DNA of 64,000 nt from positions 90,587,087 through 90,651,086 of the forward strand of contig NC_068981.1 of the NCBI RefSeq assembly GCF_001194135.2. Direction: 5' to 3'. The position numbers and the translations under genes are program-made. The notes below the pieces were generated by a model, which was not told the DNA's origin, ran no database searches, and was given only the letters and a program-made list of their open reading frames with translations. The stretch is from Octopus bimaculoides (taxonomy: Eukaryota). Shown one piece after another: positions 36,093 through 48,262 of this stretch. Numbering within the stretch: the first letter of the stretch is position 1; each line of letters opens with the position of its first letter.

Positions 36093-37060
36093 GACCAAGG
36101 ACTTGAGGTATTTCATGCGGTGAGACAGTGTTTTAGAGAGAATCATATTGTCATAGGAGAGAAATGTGTTCACATGGATGATGGTTCACTTGCATTAAAC
36201 GAGGCTGCAAAGAGAGAGGTATGGAGATGCCACTATGAATGGTTGCTAAAAAAGATAATGAATGGGAGGAAGAGAGCTTGCCGAATGCTGAGCCAACAGA
36301 GGGACAAGCTATCCAAATTGACAGTGCCTTGGTAGATAAAGCAATTAAGGGTATGAAGACAGGGAAAGCCCCCAGCCCATCAGGAATCCCTGCAGAGATG
36401 CTCAAAATATCTGGCAGTGTCGGCTATAGCCTAGTCACCCGTATAGTGAACCAGGTGATACATGAAGGAATCATACCCAATGACTGGTGTAGTAGCACCA
36501 TAATCAACTGCTACAAAAGTAAAGGTGACACATTAGATACAAATAATTACAGAGGCATCAAGCTGTTAGATCAGGTAATGAAAGTCACGGAGAGGGTTAT
36601 AGCCCAACTAATTAGGGAGAGGGTCAGTCTAGAGAGTTAGTTTAGTTTAGAGTTAGTTTAGTAACTAGAGAGTTAGTTTAGACGAGATGCAGTTTGGATT
36701 TGTGCCAGGGAAAAGCACCACTGATGGTATATTTCTGGTAAGACAGCTGCAGGAGAAATACCTAGTCAAAGATAAGCCCCTGTGAAAAAGTGTCACACCC
36801 TAGCAGTTGAGGGAACCTATGGAAGAGGTAGACCCAGGAAGACCTGGGATGAAGTGGTGAAGCATGACCTTTGAACATTAGGCCTCACCGAACCAATGAC
36901 TAGTGACCGAGACCTTTGGAAATATGCTGTGCTTGAGAAGACCTGGCAAGCCAAGTGAGACCATAACCCGTATCCTAATGCCAGCAGTGTAACCAGCCTA
37001 CTTATGCATTGCTTGTGAAGACCTGTTGAGGCAAGTGAAATCACAATCAAAATCAAATTC
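36093..37060 (+). mobile_element. RTE-clade LINE fragment with large internal deletion and 3' tail
   Basis: GKAPSPSGIPAEMLK...DWCSSTIINCYKSKGD..NNYRGIKLLDQVMKVTERV...DEMQFGFVPGKSTTDGIFLVRQLQEKYLVKDKPL is joined directly to C-terminal CHTLAVEGTYGRGRPRKTWDEVVKHDL. Confidence 0.92.
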
Positions 37061-38269
37061 ACTGACGTGTATGTATATGTGTGTGTGTATATANNNNNNN
37101 NNNNNNNNNNNNNNNNNNNNNNNNNNNNNNNNNNNNNNNNNNNNNNNNNNNNNNNNNNNNNNNNNNNNNNNNNNNNNNNNNNNNNNNNNNNNNNNNNNNN
37201 NNNNNNNNNNNNNNNNNNNNNNNNNNNNNNNNNNNCATATCTATCTATCTATCTACACACACACACACACCCACTCACACATCAGTCTGTATATCTTACT
37301 CAATGTGGATATGCTATCTGAAAGCCTCAGTACTGTGGTACTGGCTTTCACCACAAGACAGCCTCTTATATTGCTAAAAGGCAAAGAAGTATCAATAGCA
37401 GACAAAAAGAAATGTCCAGCAATGGTGGTAGAACCACTAGGTCCTATGATTTCTGTGCATTTGTGCATCCTTTGCAGCAAGTATCCAGTGTAGATCACAT
37501 CTTTGGATAGTCCATAAAAATTCTCAAAAGAATTGAAAAAAATAAAAGGGGGTCTGGACAGAAAATGACTTTGGATTCAAATGATAAGAGATGGTTCACT
37601 AATTAATCTCTATTGATAGGAACCAAATTATGACTAATCACTAAATAATTTTACTTCAAGCTATGGAAGAAATGTTTTCATATCAGTGGTAGGGTAGGAT
37701 GGGTAGGGATATGCAGTGGGTATAGCATAGATTTACTTCTCAGTTCCCTGGGATTTAGTATGTTCAAAGTCTTCTAAAGGAGATATTTATTATATTTATT
37801 ATTAGCTACCTTTTGTTAGGTTTCTATCTATAAAAATTCACTTCTTTATTTATTTTACTTATGCATGCATATTTTATTCCTTTCTCATAATAAAACACAT
37901 AATATATATTAATTTATTGTGTATAAGATAGTAAGAGTGGTTCAGTAATATGATTGGATTGTTATAAACTAGGGAGTGGCTGACCAATGAATTGCTTTGA
38001 GTCAAATTGTGTGCATGAGCCTTGACTCCTACAGCTCTATGCATTGAAGAAGTGGGAGACTGAACTTACCATTTCTGTTTTATTATTCATTGTTATCATG
38101 TAATTGTATAATCACTTTGCTTTGCAAGTTATCTGTATAATTTGTTATTTTAGGCAATCAAGAACAAAGTGCAACCATTAGTTTAGTTTGTGACATATTT
38201 CAATATTGAAAGGCAATTTCAACGCTGTTTACCATGGAAAATAAGTCTAGCTTATGGTAGAAAAATGTT

Positions 38270-38622
38270 TGTTGGCACTCCGTCGCTTACAATGTCGAGG
38301 GTTCCAGTTGATCCGATCAACGGAACAGCCTGCTCGTGAAATTAACGTGCAAGTGGCTGACCACTCCACAGACACGTAGTTCTCGGGGATATTCAACGTG
38401 ACACAGTGTGACATGGCTGACCCTTTGAATTACAGGCACAACAGAAACAGGAAATAAGAGGGAGAGAAAGTTGTGGTGAAAGAGTACAGCAGGGTTCACC
38501 ACCATCCCCTGCCGAAGCCTCATGGAGCTTTAGGTGCTTTTGCTCAATAACACTCACAACGCCCGGTCTGGGAATCGAAACCGCGAGTCCGCTGCCCTAA
38601 CCACTGGGCCATTGCGCCTCCA
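38270..38622 (-). mobile_element. tRNA-derived SINE (same family as 3212-3586)
   Basis: Full-length copy flanked by ccatggtagaaaaat-like repeats. Confidence 0.88.
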
Positions 38623-40172
38623 TGGTAGAAAAATAGATACACCATTATCAGCTTAGAGGTACTGTCTCTTGCATTTCTGGCTTATTATTACCTTTCTCAG
38701 TAGGAGATACTAAAGAGAGATAACCCTGATCTGACATGAAAGTTTGGCAGATATTTGATTGAGGGCAATGCAGAAAAAACACAAAATATTAAAGAATTTA
38801 TAGTGATACATGAACCATGACATCCCGCCAAAATGTGACACTGCATGGATTAAACTCACACTGACTACTATTATTTATATGTCATGTGCTTTCAATTGCC
38901 TAGCTTGTTGATTTTCTCAGCACAGCTTTGCTTGTACAAGCACGACAAATTCACATAATCAATATTTTAACCAACTTGTGCTAAGTGTCTTTCTATGTGA
39001 GGACATTATTATATAACATAATACTTGTGAAAGTGTAAGTAATGTGGTTCAATGGCCTTTACCTATTGAAAATTTATGTTACAGTTGCTTAGTATTTCAG
39101 ACCAGCTTTTAGATATAGAAATTGCCATGAAAGATCAGAATTATGCTGAATAATGTCTAATTCAATAGATTTTTTTTTATTGTCTTCTCCAATAAGAAAT
39201 TACAGTTAAGATGTGGTTACTGTGTCTGGGACAGAGAGAAAGGTAATTAGAAATTTCTATAATTTCTTTCAGCCTAAATTGTGAGTAGTGAATATTTTTA
39301 TACTAAGAAGTTTCATGCAGCAAAAGTGCAAAAAGTAAAAATAATGTCGCACACATTGTATATCTTTAGTATCAAATATCTAAACAATTAATACTGTACT
39401 CATGTGAAAATGATCATAACAAAATATTTTAAAAGATAGCTTGATGAAGTAAACAAAAAAAAAAACACACATACAACCAATAAAGATGGTAAAAATTTCC
39501 TTAAAATATAATCTCCCAAAGGCTGTCATTTCATGTTATGCTATAGGTATATGTAAGGATATCCTTGGCTAATTGATAAGCATAGGGAATTCATTTGTCA
39601 CATAAGTAGTTTTGTGTTAATCTAATAAGTATATCTGTGAGTAGCTGCAGGATAAAACAAATGAGTTTAAGAACTAAAATTAAGTGCAAAAAACAGCAAG
39701 ATGGGTAGGAAGACAAAATGAGTGGGAATACAAGTTGATTGTATCTCTATGCATGGCCATGGTATATAATACTATATTACATCAGTGTACCAAACAATTA
39801 TAAATAGATGGTAGATGTTAAGGAAAATGCCACCTGTAACAAACTGGCAGGTATCTTATTTCAAGGAAGATTCATCTTTCAATTACTTAACATTGTGGAG
39901 CTAAACCGTTACATCTTGTTGGAGCTCAGTTATTTCACATAATTTTTGCTGGTAATAAATATTCTTGAGGGACATTACAGAATTTCATTCTTCTTTTCTT
40001 AAAAATGTGTAGCTTTGTGCCTAATTCTGAAATCACTTTTTTTTAATGTTTTAGTGAGGAGGGAAGACTGTACTTATGACCCTTTGAAAGGCTTCTGAGA
40101 CTTGTGGGAAGAAAAGAGAAAAATATTCTCAGACCAGAAACCTGGCCTAAATGCTTACCAAAGAGTAGACCT

Positions 40173-40331
40173 CACTGGCGTAGCATTGGAAGGGGCAGTC
40201 CACCTTGGGCAGCACGTTTAAAGGGGTGGCACTTTTGGGTCTGCTGTAGGCAATATGTGTTTTTTTGTGGGGTCCAGGGGTGGCAAACAGAAGAGCCACC
40301 CTGGGTGGCACATACTCTAGCTACACTAGTG
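40173..40331. mobile_element. hAT-type MITE (159 bp) with 8-bp TSD
   Basis: TIR cactggcgtagc / gctacactagtg; flanks gtagacct (40165-40172) and gtagaccc (40332-40339). Confidence 0.8.
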
Positions 40332-40687
40332 GTAGACCCTGCTAAAGTTATCCAAGGATCAGGAAGTGATAGTGGTGGTGTTAAACTGGGTGAGGGATTC
40401 AGTTCAGCGTCCAAGTAAGCCTTGACAAGATTTGAACACAGTATGCAAAGAGCAAGAAGAAATATGGCAAGGCATCAAGTCCAATGTTTAACCCTTTGGG
40501 ATTATGCTTTCATATTGTTTTAAATTAATCATGCATTATTTTGTAAAAGATTGATAGTTGTAATAAAGACATTAGTCTCTCTCTATCACCTTTCAACAGC
40601 ATTATATATTAAGGAACAGTAGAACAATTTAACAACATAATATAAATAAGGTTTTATTTTTTTGATGATGCTTGGTTTTATAATTCC

Positions 40688-40978
40688 TGTGTCACTCAGC
40701 TTAGCAGCCGCTGATTAATTTGTGATCAGCTTCCTTGATGCATGCCAGAGGAGCAAATAGCTATCATCTCGATAGCATCGTGGTGAAGAGTGCTTCGTTG
40801 AGGAGCGAGGTGTTGTCACGCCGAAGGTCTCTCGCTCAACTGGCTTAGGAAGGGAAACAACTTTTTAAGTACTAGTTTTACTACGCATGCGCACTCGAGG
40901 GGCTTCCGGTGGTGAAATCCCTTGCGCATGCGTAGAACAGGACTTCCTCAATGGCAGCTATAATTTCGCGCCACTACA
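40688..40978 (-). mobile_element. Probable solo LTR (291 bp), CpG-rich, with paired NRF1-like motifs
   Basis: Minus strand starts TGTAGTGGCG and ends GACACA. Flanks attcc / atttc (4 of 5 match). Contains ctacgcatgcgca ... tgcgcatgcgtag in inverted orientation around cttccgg. Confidence 0.6.
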
Positions 40979-42012
40979 ATTTCATAGCTTTGAAGTTTTG
41001 ACAATGTGAGTGTTTATTTTTAAAATGATACTGTGGGGTAGGTGTGAGAGGCCAGATCTGACCAGTCTGAAGATAAAACAGGTAGAATATTTTGGCCAGA
41101 TATGGTTGATTTTAATGCTAAAGGGTTAAAAAGGAAATAAATACTGGGGTCAATTTGTTCAACTAAAATTCTTCAAGGCAGTGCTCCAGCATGGTTGCAG
41201 TCAGATGAGTGAAACAAGTAAAAGATAAATGGATTTTGTACATGAAGACCACTGTTAGTTACCTCTGAAAATGAGAGTAGGCCCTCCATGTGGTCAATTG
41301 TCAGTTTGCTTGCTAGAGATAGCAGCCAAATCTTTTTCATATCTTAAAACAGAGCATGTTCAATAATGTGGTCTTGGGTTCCCTGCAAATTAAAAAAAAA
41401 CAACATAGGATGGCCAAGGCTGGAATGCTTTTGATCATGACTGTTTGATAGCAACAGCGGCAAGCAACAACAACAACAACCATATGTTTCCAGTGAACCT
41501 GAAGAAGGATTTTACAAAGGGATGCCACTAGTGGGTTTTCCACTCAGATGTGGAGATTTTGGAGCAATGACGGGTTTATGGGTTTTAATTTCCAAATTTA
41601 CATTAAATCTGGGTTTTTAAGTTAATTTTGGCTGCAAACTTATCTTTTAAAGAGAATTCGGTGTCATACTCTTTGTATGCAATATGTACCAAAGCTGCAC
41701 GTCTTCTAATACTTTGTAAACTTTCTGTATATTATCCATAATCATCTCACGCAATGAATTTATCGATACAAATATTGTATGTGACGTAATTACCGATCGT
41801 ACTCGTTCATTATTTGTTTATACTTGTATCATACCGGGCAACTACAAGTTAAACTCGTTGGTGGCTGCTTGTATACTTGTCTGAAATTCTGACACCGTCA
41901 GTTGACAGCTTGACTGTGTTGATGGTGTACGCTTCGATTGATACTCGCGAGTTAAAATTTGTTTAACAACATTTTGAGTGTGTGCTTTTGTTTTGTAACC
42001 CTTTGTGAAGTA

Positions 42013-43973
42013 ATGGCAGACAATAGTGTGTCCAAAAAGAGGAAATGGTACACCCAAAATTTCAAGAAGTCATGGTTGGAGGATGCTGAGCTTAAAGATT
42101 GATTACGGCTACATGATAAAAATCCTGACACCTGCTACTGCGTTTGTTACAACGCTGTGTTGAAAAATGCTAACAAATCAATGCTGTTAGCTCATAAAAA
42201 CACTGCCGAACACATGAAAGCTTTTGATTGTGCGAAATCTGGTATTAAATTAGATTCATTTATTGTTAAACATGATACATTAAATGAAAGATCAGCTAAG
42301 GCAGACTTGCTACTAACAGGTTATTTTGCTTAACATCACATACCTTTCATCCATATAAATCACTTAGCTGAAATTTGTAAAAAGGCCTTTCCCGATAGTG
42401 AAATAGCTAAGAATCTGCAAACGGAAAAAACAAAATTAACATACATTATGCAAGACGAAATTGCACGTTATGAACAAGATGAAATCTTGGAAATTCTCAA
42501 GAAACAAAAGTTTTCATTATTGAGAGATGAGAGTACGGACATCTCAGTGACACAAATCTTAGCAATAGTTGTTCGTTTTTTCTATGAACAATCGCTTAAT
42601 GTCAAGGATGCTCTCTGGATGCGATTGTAGAAGAAAATGGTTCGTCTCAGGGTTTGTACGATGCTTTCAAGTCTACGCTTACAAAAGAAGATGTCTCTAT
42701 GAGAAACATACTTGGATTTGCCAGCGATAATTGCTCAACAATGATGGGTAACAAGGGCGGATTTCAAAAGTTATTGAGAAACGATATTCCGACTATTTAC
42801 AATAGGTTGTGTTTGCCATTCGTTTGCACTTTGTTCAAGTCATGCAGTGAATGTGTTACCTTCGTATCTTGAGTCCTTTTTAAAGGACTTAACTTTGCTT
42901 TTCTCGAAGTAGCAAACGTCTGGCACAAAAGAAAACAAGATTCCAAAGCTTTTGTAAACTAGATGGTTGTCGTGTGAAAACGTAATTAGCGTTATAATAG
43001 ATAAGTGGGATACCCTTGTACTTTATTTTCAGTCAGAGGCTAAAGTAGAAAAAGTGGACGGATCAAAAAAGGATCTATGAAACAATGATTAACAAAAGGA
43101 CGAAGCACGTGCTGCTCTTACATTATATATTAAAGAAAGTAAAGGCTCTTAATGTCGAGTTTCAATCGGAACACTTTCGACTGCATCTGTTGCATATACT
43201 TGTATCCAGTGAATATAAAAATATCCTTAGTTGCTTTATAAATGAGAATGCTTTAGCTGTATCTAAATTATCAGATACTGATCTTAATAACACAACAAAT
43301 CACAAAGATATGAGTAATATTTACCTTGGTGGATGCGTAATGAGATATCTAGAACAAAACCCCATCGTTGGTGATTCAGTTAGATTCAAAACTGATTGCA
43401 AATATTTTAAAATAGAATTATGCTCTCAAATGAAAATGCGCTTTCCTCTCGATGAAGCTGGAATGTTTGCCCTCTTAGAAATACTTGATCCAAAAGTAGC
43501 GTGTGATCTCACTAACTCTCCTCAGTCGATAATTCCCTTGGCATCAAACTTTCCAGCAATTGCACCAGAAAACACACTTGATGAACAAGACGATGAGTGG
43601 AGATTATTTCGGCAATATAAAGATATTCCTGTTTCCTCAAAAAGCATCCATGAATTCTGGTATTCCATATGCAATCTTACAGACGAGCTTGATCACACTA
43701 ACTTTGAGAGGCTGTCACAATTCACGACTAATTTTGACGATGTTACCTCATTCATCAGCGTGCGTGGAGTGCATATTTTCCCAAGTAAATTGCACAAAGT
43801 CAAAGTTCACTAACAAGCAATTACAAGAAAGGGAGCGTCATGCATTTCTTGGGAGACGAACGCTATACTTATTAAAGACGTAGTGGATGGGCCTTGTCAT
43901 CGTAGATATACGAGTAGATCACCATAGAAGGAGTGAATGAAGGTGATGTGGACTTGTACGAAATTGACATTTA
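42013..43973 (+). pseudogene. hAT transposase pseudogene (ZNF862-like; multiple stops and frameshifts)
   Basis: MADNSVSKKRKWYTQNFKKSWLED..., FSLLRDESTDISVTQILAIVVRF (DUF4371-like catalytic D), FASDNCSTMMG, CVCHSFALCS (CxxH), TRWLS and LPHSSACVExIFSQVN (hAT dimerization motif). Confidence 0.9.
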
Positions 43974-44569
43974 GCTGCCATATGATATAAAGTAAGTATT
44001 AAATTCTGTATTCATTTTGTCATATAACATATAGGGGTTGGACAAAATAATGGAAACACCTAGCATCATAGCAGCATAATTTTGAAATATCTATAAAACC
44101 GTCAANNNNNNNNNNACCTAGCATCATAGCAGCATAATTTTGAAATATCTATAAAACCGTCAAAAGCTTGTTTATTTTTATGTTTTTTGATTTATCACTA
44201 GTGTTGCTTAATATGCTTTACTAAAATTGTTGTTTCTTTACAGATATCATCCAAAAAAGGTAATTAAAATTCATTAAAATGACAGATCTGTCGGACTTTC
44301 AAAGAGGTCAAATTGTTGGTGCTCATATGGCAGGCGTTAGCATAACGAAAACAGCCGAAATGTTTGGTGTATCAAGAAGTACTGTCTCGAAAGTAATGAC
44401 AGCCTTTGAGAAAGAGGGAAAAACCTCTTCGTCGAAACAAAACTTCAGAAGAAAAACCAAAACTTTCAGATAGGGACCGTCAAACTCTTATGCGAATCGT
44501 TAGACAGGATCACAAAATTACTGCAGAGCTTAATGACCACCTCAAGAACCCAGCTTCCACAAAATCTGC

Positions 44570-46900
44570 TTGTCGGCTGTAAGATTTTTTCTAAGATCGA
44601 TTTGGAACGCGCGTACCATCAAATCCCCGTCAACCCCAACGATATACCAAAGGCAGCTGCCTTTTGGAGCGTTTGAATTCTTGTCTATGCCGTTTGGACT
44701 TCGTAATGCGGCCAGCACGTTCCAAAGGTTCAGTGATGAGGTCGTTTGTGGGTTAGATTTTGTCTTCGCGTACGTAGATGACCTTTCAATCACCAGTGCT
44801 ACTCCATCCCATCTCCTTCAACACTTGACTCAGCTGTTCAAGCACCTACGTTCCTACGATGTGAAGATCAACCCGGCTAAGTATGTCTTCGGTTCTACCT
44901 GTTTGGAACTCTTGCGGCATTTCATCGATGCCGACGGTATTAGTCCGCTCCCCTCTAAAGTGGAAGCCATCAAATGCTTGTCTCTTCCTGTTTCCTTAAA
45001 GCAGCTCAGAAATTTCATTGGTTTAATGAATTATTATCGTCGCTACTTCCCTAAATGTGCGGAGAAGTTGCTTCCTTTGACCCAGCATTTGAAAGATCAA
45101 CGGAAGAAAGACGCACGGATAACGCTGTCTCCTACAGACATCCAAGCTTTTGAATCTGTCAAATCTGATTTTGCTCAAGCATCCTTCCTCGCTCATCCTA
45201 TTTTGAATGCAAAATTGACACTCAATGTTGACGAGACATCATCCGCCATCGCAGCAGTTTTAGACCAATCCGTAAATAGACTAATGGCTGGCCATTAGTC
45301 TTTTTCTCGCAACAGTTAAAAAAAAGGCCGAAATGAGATATAATGTGTTTGGTAAAGAACTCTTAGCAATTTACCTGGCAGTGAAACATTTCTCTTATGT
45401 TCTTGAAGGTAGAGATTTCACGATTTTCCCCAACCACAAACCGCTAACGTTCGCTCTCTTTTGCAAAAACTCGCCCAGAGAAACGAGGCAATTGGATTAC
45501 ATATCACAGTTCACTAGTGACATTCGCTTCATCGCTGGCTCTGACAACATCCCTGCCGACGCCTTATCTCGCCTGCTTATCGGTGCATTGATTTGGTTGC
45601 TATGGCTACTGACCAACCCACCTTTGACTCTCTGGACGTCTCTTCACCACAGTTTTCTTGCTGCAAGTTTCAACACCTGCCTTTGCCTTTTTCGGAAGGA
45701 ACCATCCTCTTCGATGCTTCTCATGAGTCATCACGACCCCTCGTTCCTGAATGCCACCGTCGTGTTGTTTTTGAAGCACTGCATTCACTGTCACACCTCG
45801 GCATCGCGGCCACAGTAAAGTTTATCTCAGCCCGCTTTTTTCTGGCCGAATATGCGACGGTCTGTAACTGCTTGATCACGTGCCTGTCTACCATATCAGC
45901 GTTCCAAAGTGCATCGTCACGTGAGAGAACCTCTTGGACATTTCCGGCCACCGGACCCCAGGTTCCGTCACATACACATCGACTTGGTTGTTGGTCCTTG
46001 GCCGGTCAGTTGCAGATTTACTTATATATTGACCTGCATCGCTCGTTTCTCCAGATGGCCTGAAGCTATCCCTCTCGTGGATATTTCCGTGGAAACAGTC
46101 GCCAGAACACTCATCTCTTGGTGGATATCTCGCTTTGGAGTACCCTCTAGAATTACTACTGATCGTGGACACCAATTTGAAGCTTGTCTGTTCCGTGAGC
46201 TTTCGAGATTGCTCGGAGTTCAGCACATCCACACCGCGGGTTACCATCTCGCCGCGAATGGAATGGTGGAAAGTTTCCACCGACAGCTCAAAGCCGCTAT
46301 TCGCACGGCTTCCGACCCTCATCGTTAGTCCAAGTTTCTCTCCATTGTTCTGCTATCAAAGAGGATTTAGGCTACTCCTCAACTGAGCTCCTGTATGGCA
46401 CCACCCTAGCACTTCCTGGACAAATGTTGGCGCCCGTCGACTTACCGAATGCGGACCCCACATCTTACGTCCTGCGACTCAAGTCATTCTTTGCTGACCT
46501 GCCACCAATGCTTCCTCGTGACCAGTCTATTTCCTCTGCAGTACCTCCGGATATTTCTCCCTGGACTCACGTGTTTGTAAGAAATGACGCCGTCAAGGGA
46601 CCGCTCACACCTCCCTATACTGGACCCTCTCGCGTTCTTAAAAGTAAACCGAAGCCGTTCACTGTGGACATTTACTGAAAAGAGACTGTCTCTATTGACA
46701 GAGTAAAAAAGCCTTTTCCAAAATATTTATGCGACTTGCCGACGCACCCATCATTCTACAAACATCGCCACCCCACCCCCACAAACACCACTTCCTCTCA
46801 CCAAAACACCAAATACACAAAAACATTCTTCACCTTACAGGACACGTTCTGGCAGATCGGTTCATTGGTCGAAGGAATTGTCTCAGGCTATCTACATTTC
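44570..46900 (+). pseudogene. Ty3/Gypsy pol fragment: RT, RNase H, integrase (degenerate)
   Basis: MPFGLRNAASTFQR...FAYVDD (RT), ELLAIYLAVKHF...GSDNIPADALSR (RNase H), HIHIDLVVGP, ITTDRGHQFE and NGMVESFHRQLK (DDE integrase), PPYTGP (GPY/F). Many frameshifts. Confidence 0.95.
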
Positions 46901-46918
46901 TTAACTTTGCCTCGCCAG

Positions 46919-48262
46919 TGACTGTTCTGGAGTATAGACTTAGACCGCTAGAGACACTGCGTTCACATTGTCTTTCTTTTGTATCTTTGTATATATATAT
47001 ATATATATGCTTTGTTCTAATTGATTGCACAGTATTTTTTGCTGAATGTTTTTCCTTGTATTTTTTTCTATTGTTCATACGACTGTTTTTGCCATGGTTC
47101 ATTCTTCTGTGCCCTCCTAGTACACCCCAGCTACACTACTATTAATCGAGCGTTTTCCGGTCTAAGAAGGCGTATTACCTCTCCTCCTGACAGAAGTAAA
47201 CAAGCTGGCTATAGGGCTTTCCTATAAGGTGTTATCCACCCCTGATTGGAACTCTCCCGTATGACATGTACGCATGCTCAGTGACTTGCTTTAACAGTTG
47301 CAATCAGCTGAATGCACATTGCCAGTGACCTTTGACATAATTACCCACACTCTGTGGTCAGGATTCTTTTTTTGGTTTGATGTCGGTATCGAAGAGATTA
47401 CCAGACACCGGACAATACAGTGAGAGCAGCTTTCACTCACATCGTGGTATTCGATGCTGTGTACGTGTCTGTCGNNNNNNNNNNNNNNNNNNNNNNNNNN
47501 NNNNNNNNNNNNNNNNNNNNNNNNNNNNNNNNNNNNNNNNNNNNNNNNNNNNNNNNNNNNNNNNNNNNNNNNNNNNNNNNNNNNNNNNNNNNNNTATAAG
47601 CTTCTGCTTATTCCTGTCTGAAGTATCGTCCGATACTTCAGACTTATCGTCCGATGAATTTACTTTGTTGACATTCTTCATTGACAGAATTTTTATTCCT
47701 TTCAACCTTTCAGTCAAGTCCACCTTTCTTTCAGTAACATACTGTCCATATAATCTTAAATATTTCTTTAACTCAGGCACAGTAAGTACTTCGATAGCTG
47801 AATCATCAAGCTGCTTTATATCCATGATAAGACGTAAAACAATAACAATGGCGTGGGTTAGCCTCCGGAAGTTTAATTATCTACATGGAGCGCCGCCTAG
47901 CCAAGGGAGATAACCTACTTATAGGAAAGCCCTATACAGAGAGAGGGCCTACACAACATTGAGGTTCAGACACGTGACCTCATCTCTTTCTCTTTTCTGC
48001 ATAGACACGCAAGCTATGAGAACGCATTTTGACTGGCTTTATCCTAGGCCTCTGGCCCGCTTGCAGTTAGGAGCAAAGCATAGAAGACCATGGCCCTTAC
48101 ACACCAACCATTCTGTTTGTCATTCCTTTGGACGTGTATGTGTGGCCACAAATAAAAAGTGTTTTAAGACAACCTTGCTCGTATGTGTTTTCCGTCAGGG
48201 ATTACTACCAACCAAATTACAGCCTTGGGAGTCTTATTAGGTGGTTTAATAACGACCTTCAA
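46919..48262 (+). mobile_element. LTR-like sequence downstream of the Gypsy pol (boundaries uncertain), interrupted by a TIR element
   Basis: Non-coding segment after the integrase C-terminus. One candidate TG...CA unit at 46919-47134; a later segment has an AATAAA near 48150. The Tc1 sequence resumes near 48262. Confidence 0.4.
47213..47933 (-). mobile_element. TIR DNA transposon derivative encoding a SAP-domain protein N-terminus (ISL2EU/Kolobok-like, uncertain)
   Basis: TIRs agggctttcctataagg.gttatc / gataacctacttataggaaagccct in a TATA context. Minus ORF from 47825 reads MDIKQLDDSAIEVLTVPELKKYLRLYGQYVTERKVDLTERLK, fitting the SAP motif LxVxELKxxLxxxGxxxxGxKxDLIxRL. Confidence 0.75.

Noticed and set aside
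44057-44165. ~50-bp direct duplication inside the Tc1 5' end
   Set aside because: The two identical copies flank a 10-N gap, typical of an unmerged contig overlap.
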